A DNA stretch of 64,000 nucleotides from a virus. Location of the stretch: the IMG/VR virus record IMGVR_UViG_3300044568_002423; one strand, written 5' to 3'. Below, in pieces: positions 16,400 to 30,100 of the stretch; positions within the stretch are counted from its first letter, which is position 1; the number at the start of each line of letters is the position of its first letter. The notes under the pieces were generated by a model that searched no databases, was not told the DNA's origin, and worked only from the letters and a program-made list of their open reading frames with translations. The position numbers and the translations under genes are program-made.

Positions 16400-18748
16400 A
16401 TGGCGGATATTTTAGGGGCAACCACTGCTGGGATAGCCACCGCTAGACAACTGGCGGATATGGTACCAGCGTCTGGTCTTTCTGGGATTAAGGATGCGAT
16501 ATCTGATGCGTATAATGATACCATAAAAGCAGTCAATGATAATATCGGACATATATTTTCATCAACTGGTACCGGATTGGTTGACGTGGATTATGAACTT
16601 CCAATGTCAAATGTCCTCCATGAATATGCCACTTATAATTATATATTTTCACTAACGTGCTTAGATCCGGATAGTTACAATTATCCTGGTTCTTCATATA
16701 TGGTAGGCAAGATCCCTCCATTAATTCTAAAGAGTGGTAGTGCTGATCCCGATAATCGTATAACACTAGATGGAAGGAAATTTGAATTTTATCTGGATGA
16801 CTTGACGCTAACTGGTCAATATGGTTTTGAAAAAGGAACAGGCAATGTCAATTCTACCAATATAGAGTTTAAAGTAACTGAACCATATAGTATGGGGATG
16901 TTCATGATAGCATGCCAGACTGCAGCATATAATCAGGGTTATAAAAATTATAATGAAGCGCATTTTCTTCTAATAATTGAATTCAAGGGCAATACTGAAA
17001 TGGGACTTTTGAAACACATACCAAATACTACAAAGTTTATCCCCTTTAATCTAAACAATGTGGAGATGACAGTCACTGAGGCGGGAAGCGTATACAATAT
17101 CATTGGTGTTATTTCAAATTCTGCCGCGTTAAATGATAGTTATAAGCAATTAAAAAGTGATACCACAATTACTGGTAGGACCGTTCAGGAAATTTTACAG
17201 ACTGGTCCAAAAAGCTTACAGAACGTAGTTAATGCTAGATATCGAGAAGCAGTTGATGATAAAACGCTAAGTGTTCCAGATGAAATCGTCATATTATTTC
17301 CAACCGATACCTCGACGGACAAAACAGGAGCGGCGTTATCTGGCGGTAAAAGCGATACTGAAACCAAATCTTCCGCTACGATTGATCCAAGTAAACGGGT
17401 CAGTGATCCTAAATTATTTAAGCAACTAGGAGTATCTAGAAGTGCTACAAACCACACACTCGTACAAAAAGATGGCGAATGTAATGCGCTTGGAAGAGCA
17501 TCACTTGGGTTTGATACGACACGGGCAGGAACTGCACCATTCTCTAATGATAATGATGTATATGACGAAAAGTCAAAAGGAAATATCAGGGCAAATAACG
17601 TTGCTGCTCCTGGGTTGAATGACTTTAAATTTCAACAGGGCTCTGACATCATTAATGCTATTAATCAGGTCATGTTAAAGAGTGAACTAGCAGTGGCTGC
17701 GTTGAAGCCTGATCAAATGGATGAACAAGGAATGCGTCCTTGGTGGAAAGTCGATGTACAAACTTATACAATTGCCACTGACGAGAACTTAAAAATTACT
17801 GGCACGATGCCAAAAATATTGGTATATAGAGTAATACCCTACAAGGTACACTCAAGTAGAATGCTAGCACCGAACGCACCAGCGCCAAAGATTGCTGAAC
17901 TTAAAAAACAAGCTGCCAAGGAATACAATTACATCTATACTGGGAAGAATGTCGATATTATAAAATTTGATATTACTATTAATAGTACATTCTATCAAGT
18001 AATGATGGCCGATAATGGAAAGCGAAGTCGTGATGTTCAAATGGCGGCGCAGACAGCCACTGGGGCAACAGGTGATAAAGGCGATATTCAAACACCAATC
18101 AGTCCATCGAAAGCATACCCAGGGGCGATGCCTACTATTATGAAAGCAGTTGGGCTGACTACTTCTACGGACAATAAAGGTGGATCACGTGGTGAAACTA
18201 CTGATACCCGTGCTGCCAGATTATTTCATGATTCTATGCTTAATGGAATGGATATGATGAATATCACATTTGATATAGTGGGTGACCCTTATTATATCGC
18301 AAATAGTGGAGCTGGTAATTATACAGCAACATCAACCAATCTAATAAATGTCACTAAAGATGGGGAAATTAATTATCAAAATGGAGAGGTCGATATAGTG
18401 GTAAACTTCAGAACTCCTACTGACATTATACAAGTAACTGGTATGTATGATATGGATAAAACCATATTATGTCAACAATTCAGTGGCTTGTATAAAATTA
18501 CAACCATTGTTAGTACTTTCAGAGGTGGTCAATTTACCCAATCACTAACTTGTAATAGACGACAAGGCCAGGATAGCATCGATGAACCAACTGCAGAATC
18601 ATTCTTGACAACTACAAAAATACTAGATCCAAATAAAGGAAAATCAATAGAAGACACGGTAACGAAAGCACTTGAAAGTGTGGAAAAGACCGCTAATGAA
18701 ATATTGAAAAAAACCTCTAAGTGGGTTGACACGAACTTAGGCATATAA
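16400..18748 (+). CDS. Baseplate hub protein, gp27/gpD-like
   Basis: Lies between gp53 and gp5; C-terminal ITFDIVGDPYYI and FSGLYKITTIVSTFRGGQFTQSL motifs typical of hub proteins. Confidence 0.65.
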   Translation: MADILGATTAGIATARQLADMVPASGLSGIKDAISDAYNDTIKAVNDNIGHIFSSTGTGLVDVDYELPMSNVLHEYATYNYIFSLTCLDPDSYNYPGSSYMVGKIPPLILKSGSADPDNRITLDGRKFEFYLDDLTLTGQYGFEKGTGNVNSTNIEFKVTEPYSMGMFMIACQTAAYNQGYKNYNEAHFLLIIEFKGNTEMGLLKHIPNTTKFIPFNLNNVEMTVTEAGSVYNIIGVISNSAALNDSYKQLKSDTTITGRTVQEILQTGPKSLQNVVNARYREAVDDKTLSVPDEIVILFPTDTSTDKTGAALSGGKSDTETKSSATIDPSKRVSDPKLFKQLGVSRSATNHTLVQKDGECNALGRASLGFDTTRAGTAPFSNDNDVYDEKSKGNIRANNVAAPGLNDFKFQQGSDIINAINQVMLKSELAVAALKPDQMDEQGMRPWWKVDVQTYTIATDENLKITGTMPKILVYRVIPYKVHSSRMLAPNAPAPKIAELKKQAAKEYNYIYTGKNVDIIKFDITINSTFYQVMMADNGKRSRDVQMAAQTATGATGDKGDIQTPISPSKAYPGAMPTIMKAVGLTTSTDNKGGSRGETTDTRAARLFHDSMLNGMDMMNITFDIVGDPYYIANSGAGNYTATSTNLINVTKDGEINYQNGEVDIVVNFRTPTDIIQVTGMYDMDKTILCQQFSGLYKITTIVSTFRGGQFTQSLTCNRRQGQDSIDEPTAESFLTTTKILDPNKGKSIEDTVTKALESVEKTANEILKKTSKWVDTNLGI

Positions 18749-18752
18749 CAAA

Positions 18753-20216
18753 ATGAGTACAGAAGATAAAAATAGTGGTACACAAACTCAACCATCTCCA
18801 GAATCATCTGGACCTTGTATAGCCAAAGTTGTAAGCCATTTGGATACCCAATATATGGGTGGGTTAGAGGTTGAATTATTAAGAACTGGTTCGGGAAACT
18901 CAGAACGGTCTGGGGAAGTCGTTCCAGTTAAGATGATTAGCCCGTTCTTTGGGTCTACCAGCAGGGCATTTGTTGGCTCCGACGATGACTATAACAATAC
19001 ACAAAAAAGTTATGGAATGTGGTTTGTTCCCCCGGATGTTGGTTCACTGGTCGTTGTTATTTTTATTAATGGTACTGATGGCTATTGGATAGGTGGTGTG
19101 CCAGACGATAATATGAATTTTATGGTTCCTGGAATAGCTGCAACCCAACACGCAACTACTTCAACCAACAATGCTAGACTTCCAGTTGCTGAGTATAATA
19201 AACAGCTTCATGCAACTCCAAGCGATCCATCACAATTTAAAAAACCCGTCCATCCTATTGCCGCTCGAATGAGCACACAGGGATTATTGGGTGATGACAT
19301 TCGTGGTATCACCACTAGTAGTGCTAGACGGGAAACTCCCAGTATGGTATTTGGCATTAGTACGCCTGGCCCGGTGGATAAGAGTACTGCTGCCAAAAGA
19401 GGTGCTATAGGGAAAACAGAAAGTAAAGTACCAAACGCATTTGTTAGTAGATTGGGCGGTACCACATTTGTAATGGATGATGGAGATGCTGCTTTTCTCC
19501 GTAAAAAACCACCATATATAGAAGATCTGTTACACCCAGAAACTGCTGGCCCACCGGAATATGCTGCCGTTGAGCAAGGCGAAACTGATGGTAACGTGGG
19601 TATTCCACATAATGAATTAGTTAGAATTAGAACCAGAACTGGTCATCAAATTTTATTACATAATAGTGAGGACTTAATTTACATTGGTAATTCTAGAGGA
19701 ACTGCTTGGGTCGAACTTACCAGTAATGGAAAAATAGACATATTTGCCGCCGATAGCATAAGTGTCTATTCAGGGAATGATATCAATTTCACTGCCAATA
19801 GGGATATAAATTTCAATGCCCTCAATGGTAGTATTAATATGTCCTCCCACCAAAATTTTTATTGTACTGCTGGAATGAATTATGAAATAAAAGCTGGGGT
19901 TGATGGGAAATTATCCTGTGGCACAAATAGTAATATAACGGCAGGTGGCAGCCATTTAGAAACTGCTAATGAGATACACATGAATGGCCCAGTTGCATCA
20001 CCGGCAATTGCCGCATTGATACCCGGCAGAGTGCCGCAACATGAGCCATGGAAATATCATGAGAATTTAGATCCGACTATGTTTACTCCAGATAAGACCG
20101 GCGCGGTAATTCGTCCAACGACTAACAGTATACCAACCCCGCTGGTACCAGCGATGTTTGGAAAATACACCACAGTAACGGATACATTTAGTAAAATCAA
20201 AGGATCAGGAACATGA
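18753..20216 (+). CDS. gp5: Baseplate central spike, gp5/VgrG-like (no lysozyme domain apparent)
   Basis: OB-fold GMWFVPPDVGSLVVVIFING..GYWIG; RTRTGHQILLHNSE; short beta-helix repeats; IHMNGP. Confidence 0.8.
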   Translation: MSTEDKNSGTQTQPSPESSGPCIAKVVSHLDTQYMGGLEVELLRTGSGNSERSGEVVPVKMISPFFGSTSRAFVGSDDDYNNTQKSYGMWFVPPDVGSLVVVIFINGTDGYWIGGVPDDNMNFMVPGIAATQHATTSTNNARLPVAEYNKQLHATPSDPSQFKKPVHPIAARMSTQGLLGDDIRGITTSSARRETPSMVFGISTPGPVDKSTAAKRGAIGKTESKVPNAFVSRLGGTTFVMDDGDAAFLRKKPPYIEDLLHPETAGPPEYAAVEQGETDGNVGIPHNELVRIRTRTGHQILLHNSEDLIYIGNSRGTAWVELTSNGKIDIFAADSISVYSGNDINFTANRDINFNALNGSINMSSHQNFYCTAGMNYEIKAGVDGKLSCGTNSNITAGGSHLETANEIHMNGPVASPAIAALIPGRVPQHEPWKYHENLDPTMFTPDKTGAVIRPTTNSIPTPLVPAMFGKYTTVTDTFSKIKGSGT

Positions 20217-20656
20217 GTGCTAATAGCAATTTATATAATAAGATAACATTACCGGCTGTTCATACTGCCGAGGATATCTCTGCCAAAATGTACAAAGGGT
20301 TTAGTACCATTAATAGTAATACTGAAAACTTTAGTTTATATGATTACGAATTGATAAAGCAAGATTTATTGAATCATTTTTATACCAGACAGGGCGAGAG
20401 ATTGATGAATCCATCTTTTGGTACGATAATATGGGATTTATTATTTGAGCCTCTCACTGAACAGGTCAAGGAGTTGATACTTCAAAATGTTAATGAAATC
20501 ATAAATTATGATCCTAGAATACGTGCCGAAGATGTAACTATAACCACTTATGAGAGTGGTATTCAAATACAATGCTTGTTGACGTATATGCCTTATAATA
20601 TGACACAAACATTACAATTGCGATTTGACCAAGCAAATGGCCTGTTAATGCAATAA
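20213..20656 (+). CDS. gp25: Baseplate wedge subunit, gp25-like
   Basis: LIKQDLLNHFYTRQGERLMNPSFGTIIWDLLFEP...YDPRI. Confidence 0.92.
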   Translation: MSANSNLYNKITLPAVHTAEDISAKMYKGFSTINSNTENFSLYDYELIKQDLLNHFYTRQGERLMNPSFGTIIWDLLFEPLTEQVKELILQNVNEIINYDPRIRAEDVTITTYESGIQIQCLLTYMPYNMTQTLQLRFDQANGLLMQ

Positions 20657-20702
20657 TATACATAGTTAATTTATTCAATAAATATAACTATTAGGATTAA
20701 TT

Positions 20703-23700
20703 ATGAGCGCAACAGATAGACAGAATAGACTCTTACTAGCAGAGGATTGGAAAAAGATTTATCAATCATTCCGTAATGCGGATTTTCAAAGTTACGATTT
20801 TGAAAATTTGCGCAGAGTTATGATTGATTACTTACGGCAAAACTACCCAGAGGACTTTAATGATTACATCGAGAGTTCTGAATATTTGGCGTTAATTGAC
20901 CTAATTGCATTTTTAGGACAAAGTGTTGCTTTCCGGGTTGATTTGAATGCTCGTGAAAACTTTTTAGAATTAGCTGAGCGTAGAGACAGTGTGTTGCGTT
21001 TGGCTAGATTGATTAGCTATAATCCAAAAAGAAATATCCCCTCTAACGGATTATTGAAGTTTACCACTATACAGACTACACAATCTGTTCTTGATAGTAA
21101 TGGAAGAAATTTATCCAATCAAGTGATTACATGGAATGACCCCTCAAATCCTAACTGGTATGAGCAATTTATAAAAGTTATAAATTCAGCAATGCCAACT
21201 ACTCAACAATTTGGCAATCCTTCCGATAAAGCTACCATTCAAGATATACCAAGTGAGCAATATAGATTTGAAGCAGCAAATACTGATGTTCCCGTTTATG
21301 CCTTTACTAAATTGGTTGCTGGTCGCACTATGACATTTGAAGTTACAAGTACTACTTTCAGTAAGGAAAATTATATCTATGAAGAGGCTCCCCGAATAGG
21401 AAATAAAATTGCCTGTGTGTATAGAGATGATGGCCGAGGTTCAGCTAGTGCTGGAACTGGTTTCTTTTTTAATTTTACACAAGGAACACTGAACACTGGT
21501 ACTTTTACAATCAGTCAGCCTAGCAACAGTGAATCAGTTGATATTAATTCGCAAGGTATAAACAATACTGATGTTTGGTTATATCGGTTGAATAGCAACG
21601 GTGTCGAATCAGAATTATGGACACCAGTTCCTAGTTTTGAAGGAAATAATGTTATCTACAATAGTCTTGCTAAAAGTATCAGGAACATATATGGAGTTAC
21701 TACCAGAGCAGGAGATGCGATCAGTTTAACTTTTAGTGATGGTACGTTCGGCAACATACCAATTGGTACGTTTAGAACATATTATCGTGTGAGTAATGGA
21801 TTATCTTATACCATCAATACTCCTGACATAAGAAGCGTTTCTATTTCGATCCCATATATTTCTAGTACCGGGCAGGTTGAAACATTATCTATATCATTGG
21901 GATTATCATACACGATTGCTAATTCTGATGCTTCTGAATCTAATACTAGTATCAAGACGAACGCTCCTGCTACCTACTATACACAAAATAGAATGATTAC
22001 CGGTGAGGATTATAATATTAGTCCACTTAGTGTCAATCAACAAGTAGCAAAAGTAAAGGCCGTTAATAGAACTTCCAGTGGTATCAGTCGTTATTTTGAT
22101 TTGGTAGACCCGACTGGAAAATACAGTTCTACAAATTTGTTCGCCGATGATGGAGTGTTGTATTCTGAAGAATATACATCTGATACAAGATTTTCCTATA
22201 CGACCAGAACGGACATAGAAGGGATAATATACAACACCATATTTGATATTATCAGTAGTACTGGTGTGAAGAATTACTATTATTCAAAATTTATTAATTA
22301 TGTAACTACCAGTTTAGATGTCGCATGGAATTCAGTAACTGTTGATTCGAACTCGTCAACTGGGTATATTGGAAATATGCTAGATGGTACGATTTATGCA
22401 GTTGGATCGTATACCACTACTGATTTGAAGTATATAACACCAGGAGCATTGGTAAAATTTACCGCGCCTGCTGGGTATTATTTCGATACATTTAATTCAA
22501 ACAAAATATCAACTGGTTCTGCTAACACGCTTGGGTATAAATCTTCAATATGGGCTGAAGTTATTTCAGTTGTGGACGATGGGCGTGCTGTTGGAACCGG
22601 TGTACTGTCATCTGGCGACGGTCCTATTGTTCTAAATTCAGTAATTCCGTCAGGATCGGTGATCACACAGCTTATACCTAAATGGCGAACTGTCATTGAT
22701 GCCAGTGTTATAACAACGATGATAGATTTAATATTTGCCAACAAACCATTTGGTCTGCGATATGATGCGACTACTCAAACTTGGCAGATTATATTTGAAA
22801 CAAACTTGGATGCCGTGTCTAGTTTTACCCTAGGGAAACAGGGTATTACTACTAACACACAACAGGATTCTAGTTGGTTGTTGTTGTTCACTACCGATAA
22901 TGAATTTTATACGGTAACAAGTCGTGAGACAAGATTTATATTTGAAAGTGATAAACAAATCAGGTTCTATTTTGATAACAATACAAAAGTGTATGACAGT
23001 AGAAATAATTCCGTGGTCACTGATGTTATCAATATATTAAATGTCAACACACAACCAGATAGCACACTGCCTTTCACTACTGACCTTAAGTGGGATATTG
23101 TTTCTGATTTTCTAGGATTAGATGGTTATATCGACAATAAAAAAATCGTTATAGCGTTTGCCGATACTGATGCCGATGGCGTGGTTGATGATCCAGAGTT
23201 ATTTTTAAATATCGTTTCTCCTTCAACCAACCCATTAACCAAGTATATAATTTTACAAAAGTATACTATTTCATCCGGGCAGGAAGATTACAGATACGTG
23301 AGTAACTCCGATGATACGGTTATTATTTTAAACTCACAAAGTGAAATTGGTTCGTTGGTACAATATGTGTCAGGACAATATTTCTACTTTGTTGATACGA
23401 ATGTTGTTAAGCAATTAACGTTACCATCTGGTAAATTGACCCCCACTTTAGATTACAAGGTGTATATAGGTAGAGATAAATTAAAATTTCAATATACACA
23501 CAGTGCCGACTATGAATCAAGAATTGATCCCGGCGTCAGTAATATCATTGACGTGTATGTACTATCTAAAAATTATGACATTGTGTATAGACAATGGATA
23601 AGTGGTGCTATATCAACACAACCACTAGCTCCTAGCTCTACTGAATTGTACAACACACTGTCTCCAAGTTTGAATTTAATTAAATCAATATCAGACGAGG

Positions 23701-24161
23701 TTATCTATCATCCAGTGAGTTATAAGGTATTATTTGGTGAGACTGCTTCTCCGGAATTGCAGGCAATATTTAAAATAACAAAAACTCCCGGACAAGTGCT
23801 GTCAGATAACGATATTAAGGCGCAGGTTATTACTGCGATAAACAAGTTTTTCAGTTTAGAAAATTGGGATTTTGGTGATACCTTTTACTTTACCGAATTA
23901 GCAACTTATGTAATGAATAATTTGGCACCAAATATTTCATCATTCGTAATAGTTCCTCGTAAAGGTGATCTTAATTTCGGCAGTCTTTTTGAAATTTCTT
24001 GTTCAAGTAGCCAAATTATTATTAGTGGGGCGACGGTTAATGATATTGAGATTATATCTGGTATAACTTCTAGTAACATTAAATCGGTAAGCGGGACATC
24101 AGTTGATTCCACTGTACTGACACAACAAACAATATCCAGTTCAACCTATGGGAGTAACTAA
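20703..24161 (+). CDS. gp6: Baseplate wedge subunit, gp6-like
   Basis: DFENLR, ENFLELAERRDSVLRLARLISYNPKR, FSDGTFGNIP, TQNRMITGEDY, WDFGDTFYFTEL; late-promoter-like AATAAATA at 20677-20684. Confidence 0.9.
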   Translation: MSATDRQNRLLLAEDWKKIYQSFRNADFQSYDFENLRRVMIDYLRQNYPEDFNDYIESSEYLALIDLIAFLGQSVAFRVDLNARENFLELAERRDSVLRLARLISYNPKRNIPSNGLLKFTTIQTTQSVLDSNGRNLSNQVITWNDPSNPNWYEQFIKVINSAMPTTQQFGNPSDKATIQDIPSEQYRFEAANTDVPVYAFTKLVAGRTMTFEVTSTTFSKENYIYEEAPRIGNKIACVYRDDGRGSASAGTGFFFNFTQGTLNTGTFTISQPSNSESVDINSQGINNTDVWLYRLNSNGVESELWTPVPSFEGNNVIYNSLAKSIRNIYGVTTRAGDAISLTFSDGTFGNIPIGTFRTYYRVSNGLSYTINTPDIRSVSISIPYISSTGQVETLSISLGLSYTIANSDASESNTSIKTNAPATYYTQNRMITGEDYNISPLSVNQQVAKVKAVNRTSSGISRYFDLVDPTGKYSSTNLFADDGVLYSEEYTSDTRFSYTTRTDIEGIIYNTIFDIISSTGVKNYYYSKFINYVTTSLDVAWNSVTVDSNSSTGYIGNMLDGTIYAVGSYTTTDLKYITPGALVKFTAPAGYYFDTFNSNKISTGSANTLGYKSSIWAEVISVVDDGRAVGTGVLSSGDGPIVLNSVIPSGSVITQLIPKWRTVIDASVITTMIDLIFANKPFGLRYDATTQTWQIIFETNLDAVSSFTLGKQGITTNTQQDSSWLLLFTTDNEFYTVTSRETRFIFESDKQIRFYFDNNTKVYDSRNNSVVTDVINILNVNTQPDSTLPFTTDLKWDIVSDFLGLDGYIDNKKIVIAFADTDADGVVDDPELFLNIVSPSTNPLTKYIILQKYTISSGQEDYRYVSNSDDTVIILNSQSEIGSLVQYVSGQYFYFVDTNVVKQLTLPSGKLTPTLDYKVYIGRDKLKFQYTHSADYESRIDPGVSNIIDVYVLSKNYDIVYRQWISGAISTQPLAPSSTELYNTLSPSLNLIKSISDEVIYHPVSYKVLFGETASPELQAIFKITKTPGQVLSDNDIKAQVITAINKFFSLENWDFGDTFYFTELATYVMNNLAPNISSFVIVPRKGDLNFGSLFEISCSSSQIIISGATVNDIEIISGITSSNIKSVSGTSVDSTVLTQQTISSSTYGSN

Positions 24162-27100
24162 TGGCTGATAGCACAAATCCTAACGCAAGTAATAACACTG
24201 CTTCAAATTTTTTACCTAGAATTTATAGAACAGATGCAAATAAGAAGTTTTTACAAGCTACCTTGGAACAATTAATACAGCCTGGTACTGTACAGAAAAT
24301 AAATGGATACATAGGCAGAAGAAATGCTAAAGCGGCTACAGGTGATGATATTTTCATAGCCGCTGTTGATGCCGCTAGGCAGAATTATCAATTAGAACCA
24401 GGATTGATAGTTCAAGACACGTTGAATAATACTACTTTTTTCAAAGATTATATAGATTACATTAACCAAACTGAAGTATTTGGTGGAGACGTATCAAATC
24501 ACGCTCGGCTAAACAAGCAGGAATTTTATAGTTGGGACCCACATATTGATTGGGATAAATTTGTAAATTTTCAAAACTACTATTGGTTACCATATGGTCC
24601 TGACACCATTACCATATATGGGCAAAGAGATAAAATAGAGAGCACGTATACGGTAGTTGTTGAAACAGAAGGCGATAGCAATCAATATCTTTTAACCCCA
24701 AACGGGCTTACTAGAAACCCGACTCTTACATTATATAAAGGACATACTTATAAATTTGAAATTACTAGTTTGGGAAATCCATTTAGTATTAAGACTCATC
24801 GTAGTTCTGGTAGTAATGATCGATATAGTAATTATGGATTAGACGGCGTAGCTGTTGAACAGGGTACAATAACATTTACTGTGCCGCATGATGCCCCATC
24901 TGTTCTTTATTATCAAAGTGAAAATGATACTGACTTGGGGGGTGTCATACATGTATTGTCAATTAACGACAATTCTCATATTGATGTAACGGTTGAAATT
25001 CTTGGAAAGAAGACCTATAAACTGGCCGATGGAACACAATTAAGTAACGGTATGAAAGTAGAGTTTGGCGGGAACGTAGTTCCTGTTGAATACGCAACTG
25101 GGAAATATTATGTAGAAGGCGTTGGAACTGCGATAAAATTGATCAACACTAATGTGTTGGAGTTGGTTGGTGCTTACACGACTTCTGAATCTATATTGTT
25201 TGATTCAACACCATTTGACAAATCGCCATTCAGTGATGCCACTGCATTTGCTGGTACCCCAGACTATCTTCTTATTAACCGAGCTAGTAGGGATCATAAT
25301 CCATGGTCACGTTATAATAGATGGTTTCATAAAGATACCATTGAGGTAAGTGCGACACTAAATGGAAATGTTCCTACATTGGATCAATCTGCCAGGGCTA
25401 CTCGTGCCATAATAGAATTTGAAGCAGATTTGAAATTGTATAATTTTGGAAACACTGCTATTGCTGACGTCGATTTAATTGACACATTTACCACTGATGT
25501 ATTTTCCACTATCGAAGGGTCAATTGGTTATAATATTGATGGGATAAATTTAATTCAAGGGCAGAGAATTTTATTCACTGCTGACACTGACATATTTGTG
25601 AAAAACAAAATATACCAAGTTGAATTTATAGATGTCACACATACATCCATAAATGGGCAAATAAGTCCTCGTCAAATTCATTTGACCGAGGTGTCTGAGC
25701 CGGTTATGAATCAATGCGTTTTGATCCACCAAGGAGTTAAAAACCAAGGAGAAATGTTTTGGTATACTGGCAGCACTTGGCAATTATCCCAACAAAAGAC
25801 TGCGTTGAATCAAGCACCGTTATTTGATGTTGTCGATTCATCTGGTATTAGTTTTGGTAACACTGACTATTATTATGGGTCGACGTTTAATGGTACGAAA
25901 ATATTTTCATATAAGATTGGGAATGGCGGCAATGATTCCGCATTAGGTTTACCATTAACTTATAAAAACATTAACAACGTCGGGGATATTGTTTTTAATT
26001 TTAACTTGATAACTGATATTTTTAGATACAAGGATTTAACGACTGTTATTGATAAAGTTATTGATGTTGGCTATTTGATAAAATATGATTATGCTGGAAA
26101 TACCACTTATGTTAACGGATGGCAGACAAATACCTTACCGCAATCTCAGGCAGCCATACGCATTTACAAATCATCTGGTAAAACAAATAATTTTGATATT
26201 GACATTTTTGATAACGTTCATGAGTTAGATGACCTTATTGTGAAAGTGTATATCAATGGGATAAGACTAGCCAGCACTAAGTGGGATGTGGTTGATGGAC
26301 CAATATATAAAAAAGTTGTTCTTTTAACTGATATTTCCTCAACGGATATATTGACTATCCGCGCATTTTCCGCACAAACAATTAATAGCAATGGCTTTTA
26401 TGAAATACCTATTAATTTACAAAATAACCCATTGAATAACTCAATGGGAGATTTTACACTTGGGGAAGTTCTCGACCATGTAACTACCATAGTTGATAAC
26501 ATTGAAACTCTTGTTGGTGAATTTCCAGGATCGAGCAACTTACGAGACCTTGGGAATGTAACACAATATGGAACTCGATTTGTTCAACATAGCGGACCAG
26601 CAAGTTTGTCAATCTATCATATGACGTCTGATACCAACAATGTTATTAGGGCTGTTGAAAAAAGTCGTGATGATTATAATAATTTCAAACGCAGGTTTAC
26701 CTCAGTTTCATCAACGTTGGGTATTGATACTGATGTTGCAACCCATGTAAATTTAGTATTACAGGAAATGAACAAAGATAAGCCAAATAATGCTCCTTAT
26801 TATTTTAGTGATATGGTTCCGTGTGGGGCAAACATAAAGACTGTATTGACTGTAGTGGATTATAGAATAAAAACATATCCATTGACATCGGTGTTTAATT
26901 TAGATGAATTATCCAACCAGGCAGTGATCGTGTATGTAAATGACACACAGTTGATGTATGGGCGTGATTATACATTTAGTAGTCAGGGGTTTATTGTTGT
27001 TTCCGCCACATTGCAGAATGATGATACTATAACTATTTTTGAATATGAAAATACTGATGGGTGTTTTGTACCAGAAACTCCTACTAAGCTTGGTATTTGG

Positions 27101-30100
27101 CCAAAGTATGAACCAAAAATATATATCGATACTAGCTTAATTACACCTCGTACCATGATTCAAGGGCATGATGGCAGCCAAGTTTTGGCGTATGGCGATT
27201 ATCGAGATGATTTGATATTAGAATTAGAAAAACGAATTTACAACAACATAAAGGTAAAATATGATGATAGTATTTTTGATATTCATTCATTAATACCAAG
27301 TTACAACAGAAGCACTGATTATAGTTTAGCTGAATTCAATACCGTACTAGCTCCTAGCTTTTATAAATGGACGACTTTGATCGAGCAAGACTTTACCAAA
27401 CCGATGAGTTATGATAGTGCCAATTCATTTACCTTCAACTATCGTGGACATTCTGCGCCTGATGGTAGAGAAACTCCAGGATATTGGCGTGGGGTATATC
27501 GTTGGATATTGGATACAGATCGACCAAATATATGTCCATGGGAAATGTTGGGATTGAGCGAAGCACCATTTTGGTGGGAATCCGTATATGGGCCAGCTCC
27601 TTATACTAGTAATAATTTAATTTTGTGGAAGGATATCAGTGAAGGTGTATTGAAAGAACCTGGAAAACCTGTCGTATATTTGCCAAAATTTGCCAAGCCG
27701 TTTTTGATGCAACATATTCCAGTTGATGAAAATGGAAATATAAAAAGTCCACTTATGACTGATTTGGCCAATGGCATTATAACAGTTTCTACTACTGGTG
27801 ATTTTGTATTTGGTGATGTAAGCCCTATTGAGAATGCGTGGCGCCGTAGTTCACACTACCCATTCAGTGTATTACTTACTTCATTATTATTGACGCCCGC
27901 TAATACATTTGGATTGTTATTAGATAGATCACGTATAGTCAGGAATGTAACTGGGCAGTTAATATACAAGGATACTGGGTTACGAGTAACGCCATCATCA
28001 ATTAAACTACCTAATAGTCATGTCAGTACTGAAAGGATACAGACAGCTGGGATTATCAATTACATTACCAATTATATAATGAGTGATAATTTAACAACTT
28101 ATTCCTCTTACCAAACTGATTTATCTATGCTGACAATTCGACTGAGTCATCGGTTAGGATCCTTTACCAGTAAGGAGAAATTTAATTTAATATTGGATTC
28201 AAAAACTCCGTTATCATCCGGTAGTGTATTTGTCCCACCAGAAAATTACGATATAATTTTAAACAGTTCCAGTCCGGTTAAGAAAATTACCTATAGTGGC
28301 GTTATCATTACTAAATTGGCAGATGGATTTGAAGTTAAGGGGTATAGCAGAACTCATCCATATTTCAACTATTATTCCTGGGAACAATCTGGAATTAATA
28401 TTAACGTGGGTGGCATATCGGAGAGTTATATTAATTGGACTAATAACCAATATTATCCTTCTGGAAAAATAGTTAATTATAACAACAGATATTATAGAGT
28501 AAAAACTTCTCATACTAGTACGACAGAGTTCAATGAACAATACCATACAGTTTTATCTTCACTACCGGTGATTGGTGGGAAAGAAGCTATATTTAGAAAG
28601 CGTTGGGATAGAACTGCTGCGATAACCGTTCCATATAATACAAAATTTACCACAATACAGGACGTTGTTGATTTTCTTTTAGGATATGGGGAGTATTTAA
28701 AAGATCAGGGATTTGTTTTTGATGACTTTAACACAACTATGTCTCAAGTAACTAACTGGGAAACTTCAGCAAAAGAATTTTTATTTTGGACGACGCAGAA
28801 CTGGTCGTCTGGCGAAGATAAGTGGAATGAATGGATTCCTAACACCTTGGTGGTATTTGAAACAATTGTTCGATACAACGGTGATTATTATAAAGCAATT
28901 AGAAATTCTATGACGACCGACATCTTTAATGATGATGATTTCGTTAAATTAGATGGTCTTAGTTCGGTAGGAAGTTCTGTCATATCATTAAGTCCTGCTG
29001 CTAGTAAATTAACATTTAGTGCGCCATATAGTGTAGTGGATGATGTTACAAATCAGTTTAACGGATATGAAATCTATCGAGTAGATGGGCAGCCTATTGA
29101 ATATGATTTTTTGAATTCGTATCGTGAAGACAATAAGGTTAGTTATGCATCTGAAGGGAATGATGGAATATATGGTGCTAGTTTTTATCTAGTACAAAAA
29201 GAACAAATTGTCATTATTGATAATACTACTTTGTTTAACGATACTATATATCATCCAGAAAGTGGTTATAAACAGGACCGAATTAAAGTAGCGGGATATG
29301 TAAGTACAAATTGGTATGGTGCGTTTGATGTGCCGGGCTTTATTTTTGATCAAGCACACATCAGCCGTTGGAGTTCATGGGTTGGGTATGACCTTGGAGA
29401 CATTGTGCAGTATAAGGAATTTTATTACAGCGCAAGTAAAGTCCTACCAGGGGCGGAATCGTTTGTTTCAACTGATTGGATAAGGTTATCTAAAAAACCA
29501 ACCGCTCAGCTCTTACCAAACTGGAATTATAAAGCGGGACAATTTGAAGATTTTTATAGTTTAGATAGTGATAACTTTGATGTCAATCAACAGAAGATGG
29601 CACAGCATTTAATCGGCTATCAAAAACGACAATATTTGGAAAATATCATACAAGATGATGTTAGTGAGTTTAAGTTCTATCAAGGAATGATAATCGAAAA
29701 AGGAACGCAGAATGTTTTCAATAAACTATTTGATGTCCTGAGTGCTGAAAATGAAGAGAGTTTAACATTTTATGAAGAATGGGCATTGCGAGTTGGACAA
29801 TATGGTGCAAATGCCGCATATGAAAACATCGAGTTTATCTTGGACGAGAGTGAGTTTAAAAATAATCCACAGGGATTTGAACTAGTAAGCTCTATAGACA
29901 GATCTAAAGTTGATTTCATATCTAGACAAACATCAAATGACGTGTACTTGAAACCAATCGGGTATGATTCTAATCCTTGGCCGCTTTTAAAAAATGATGT
30001 TTCATATTTAAGATCAGCCGGGTATGTTAGATCCGATGAAGTTCTAATGAGTTTGAAATCAATGAGTGATATTTTAACACAGGATATTTCTCAGTTTTCC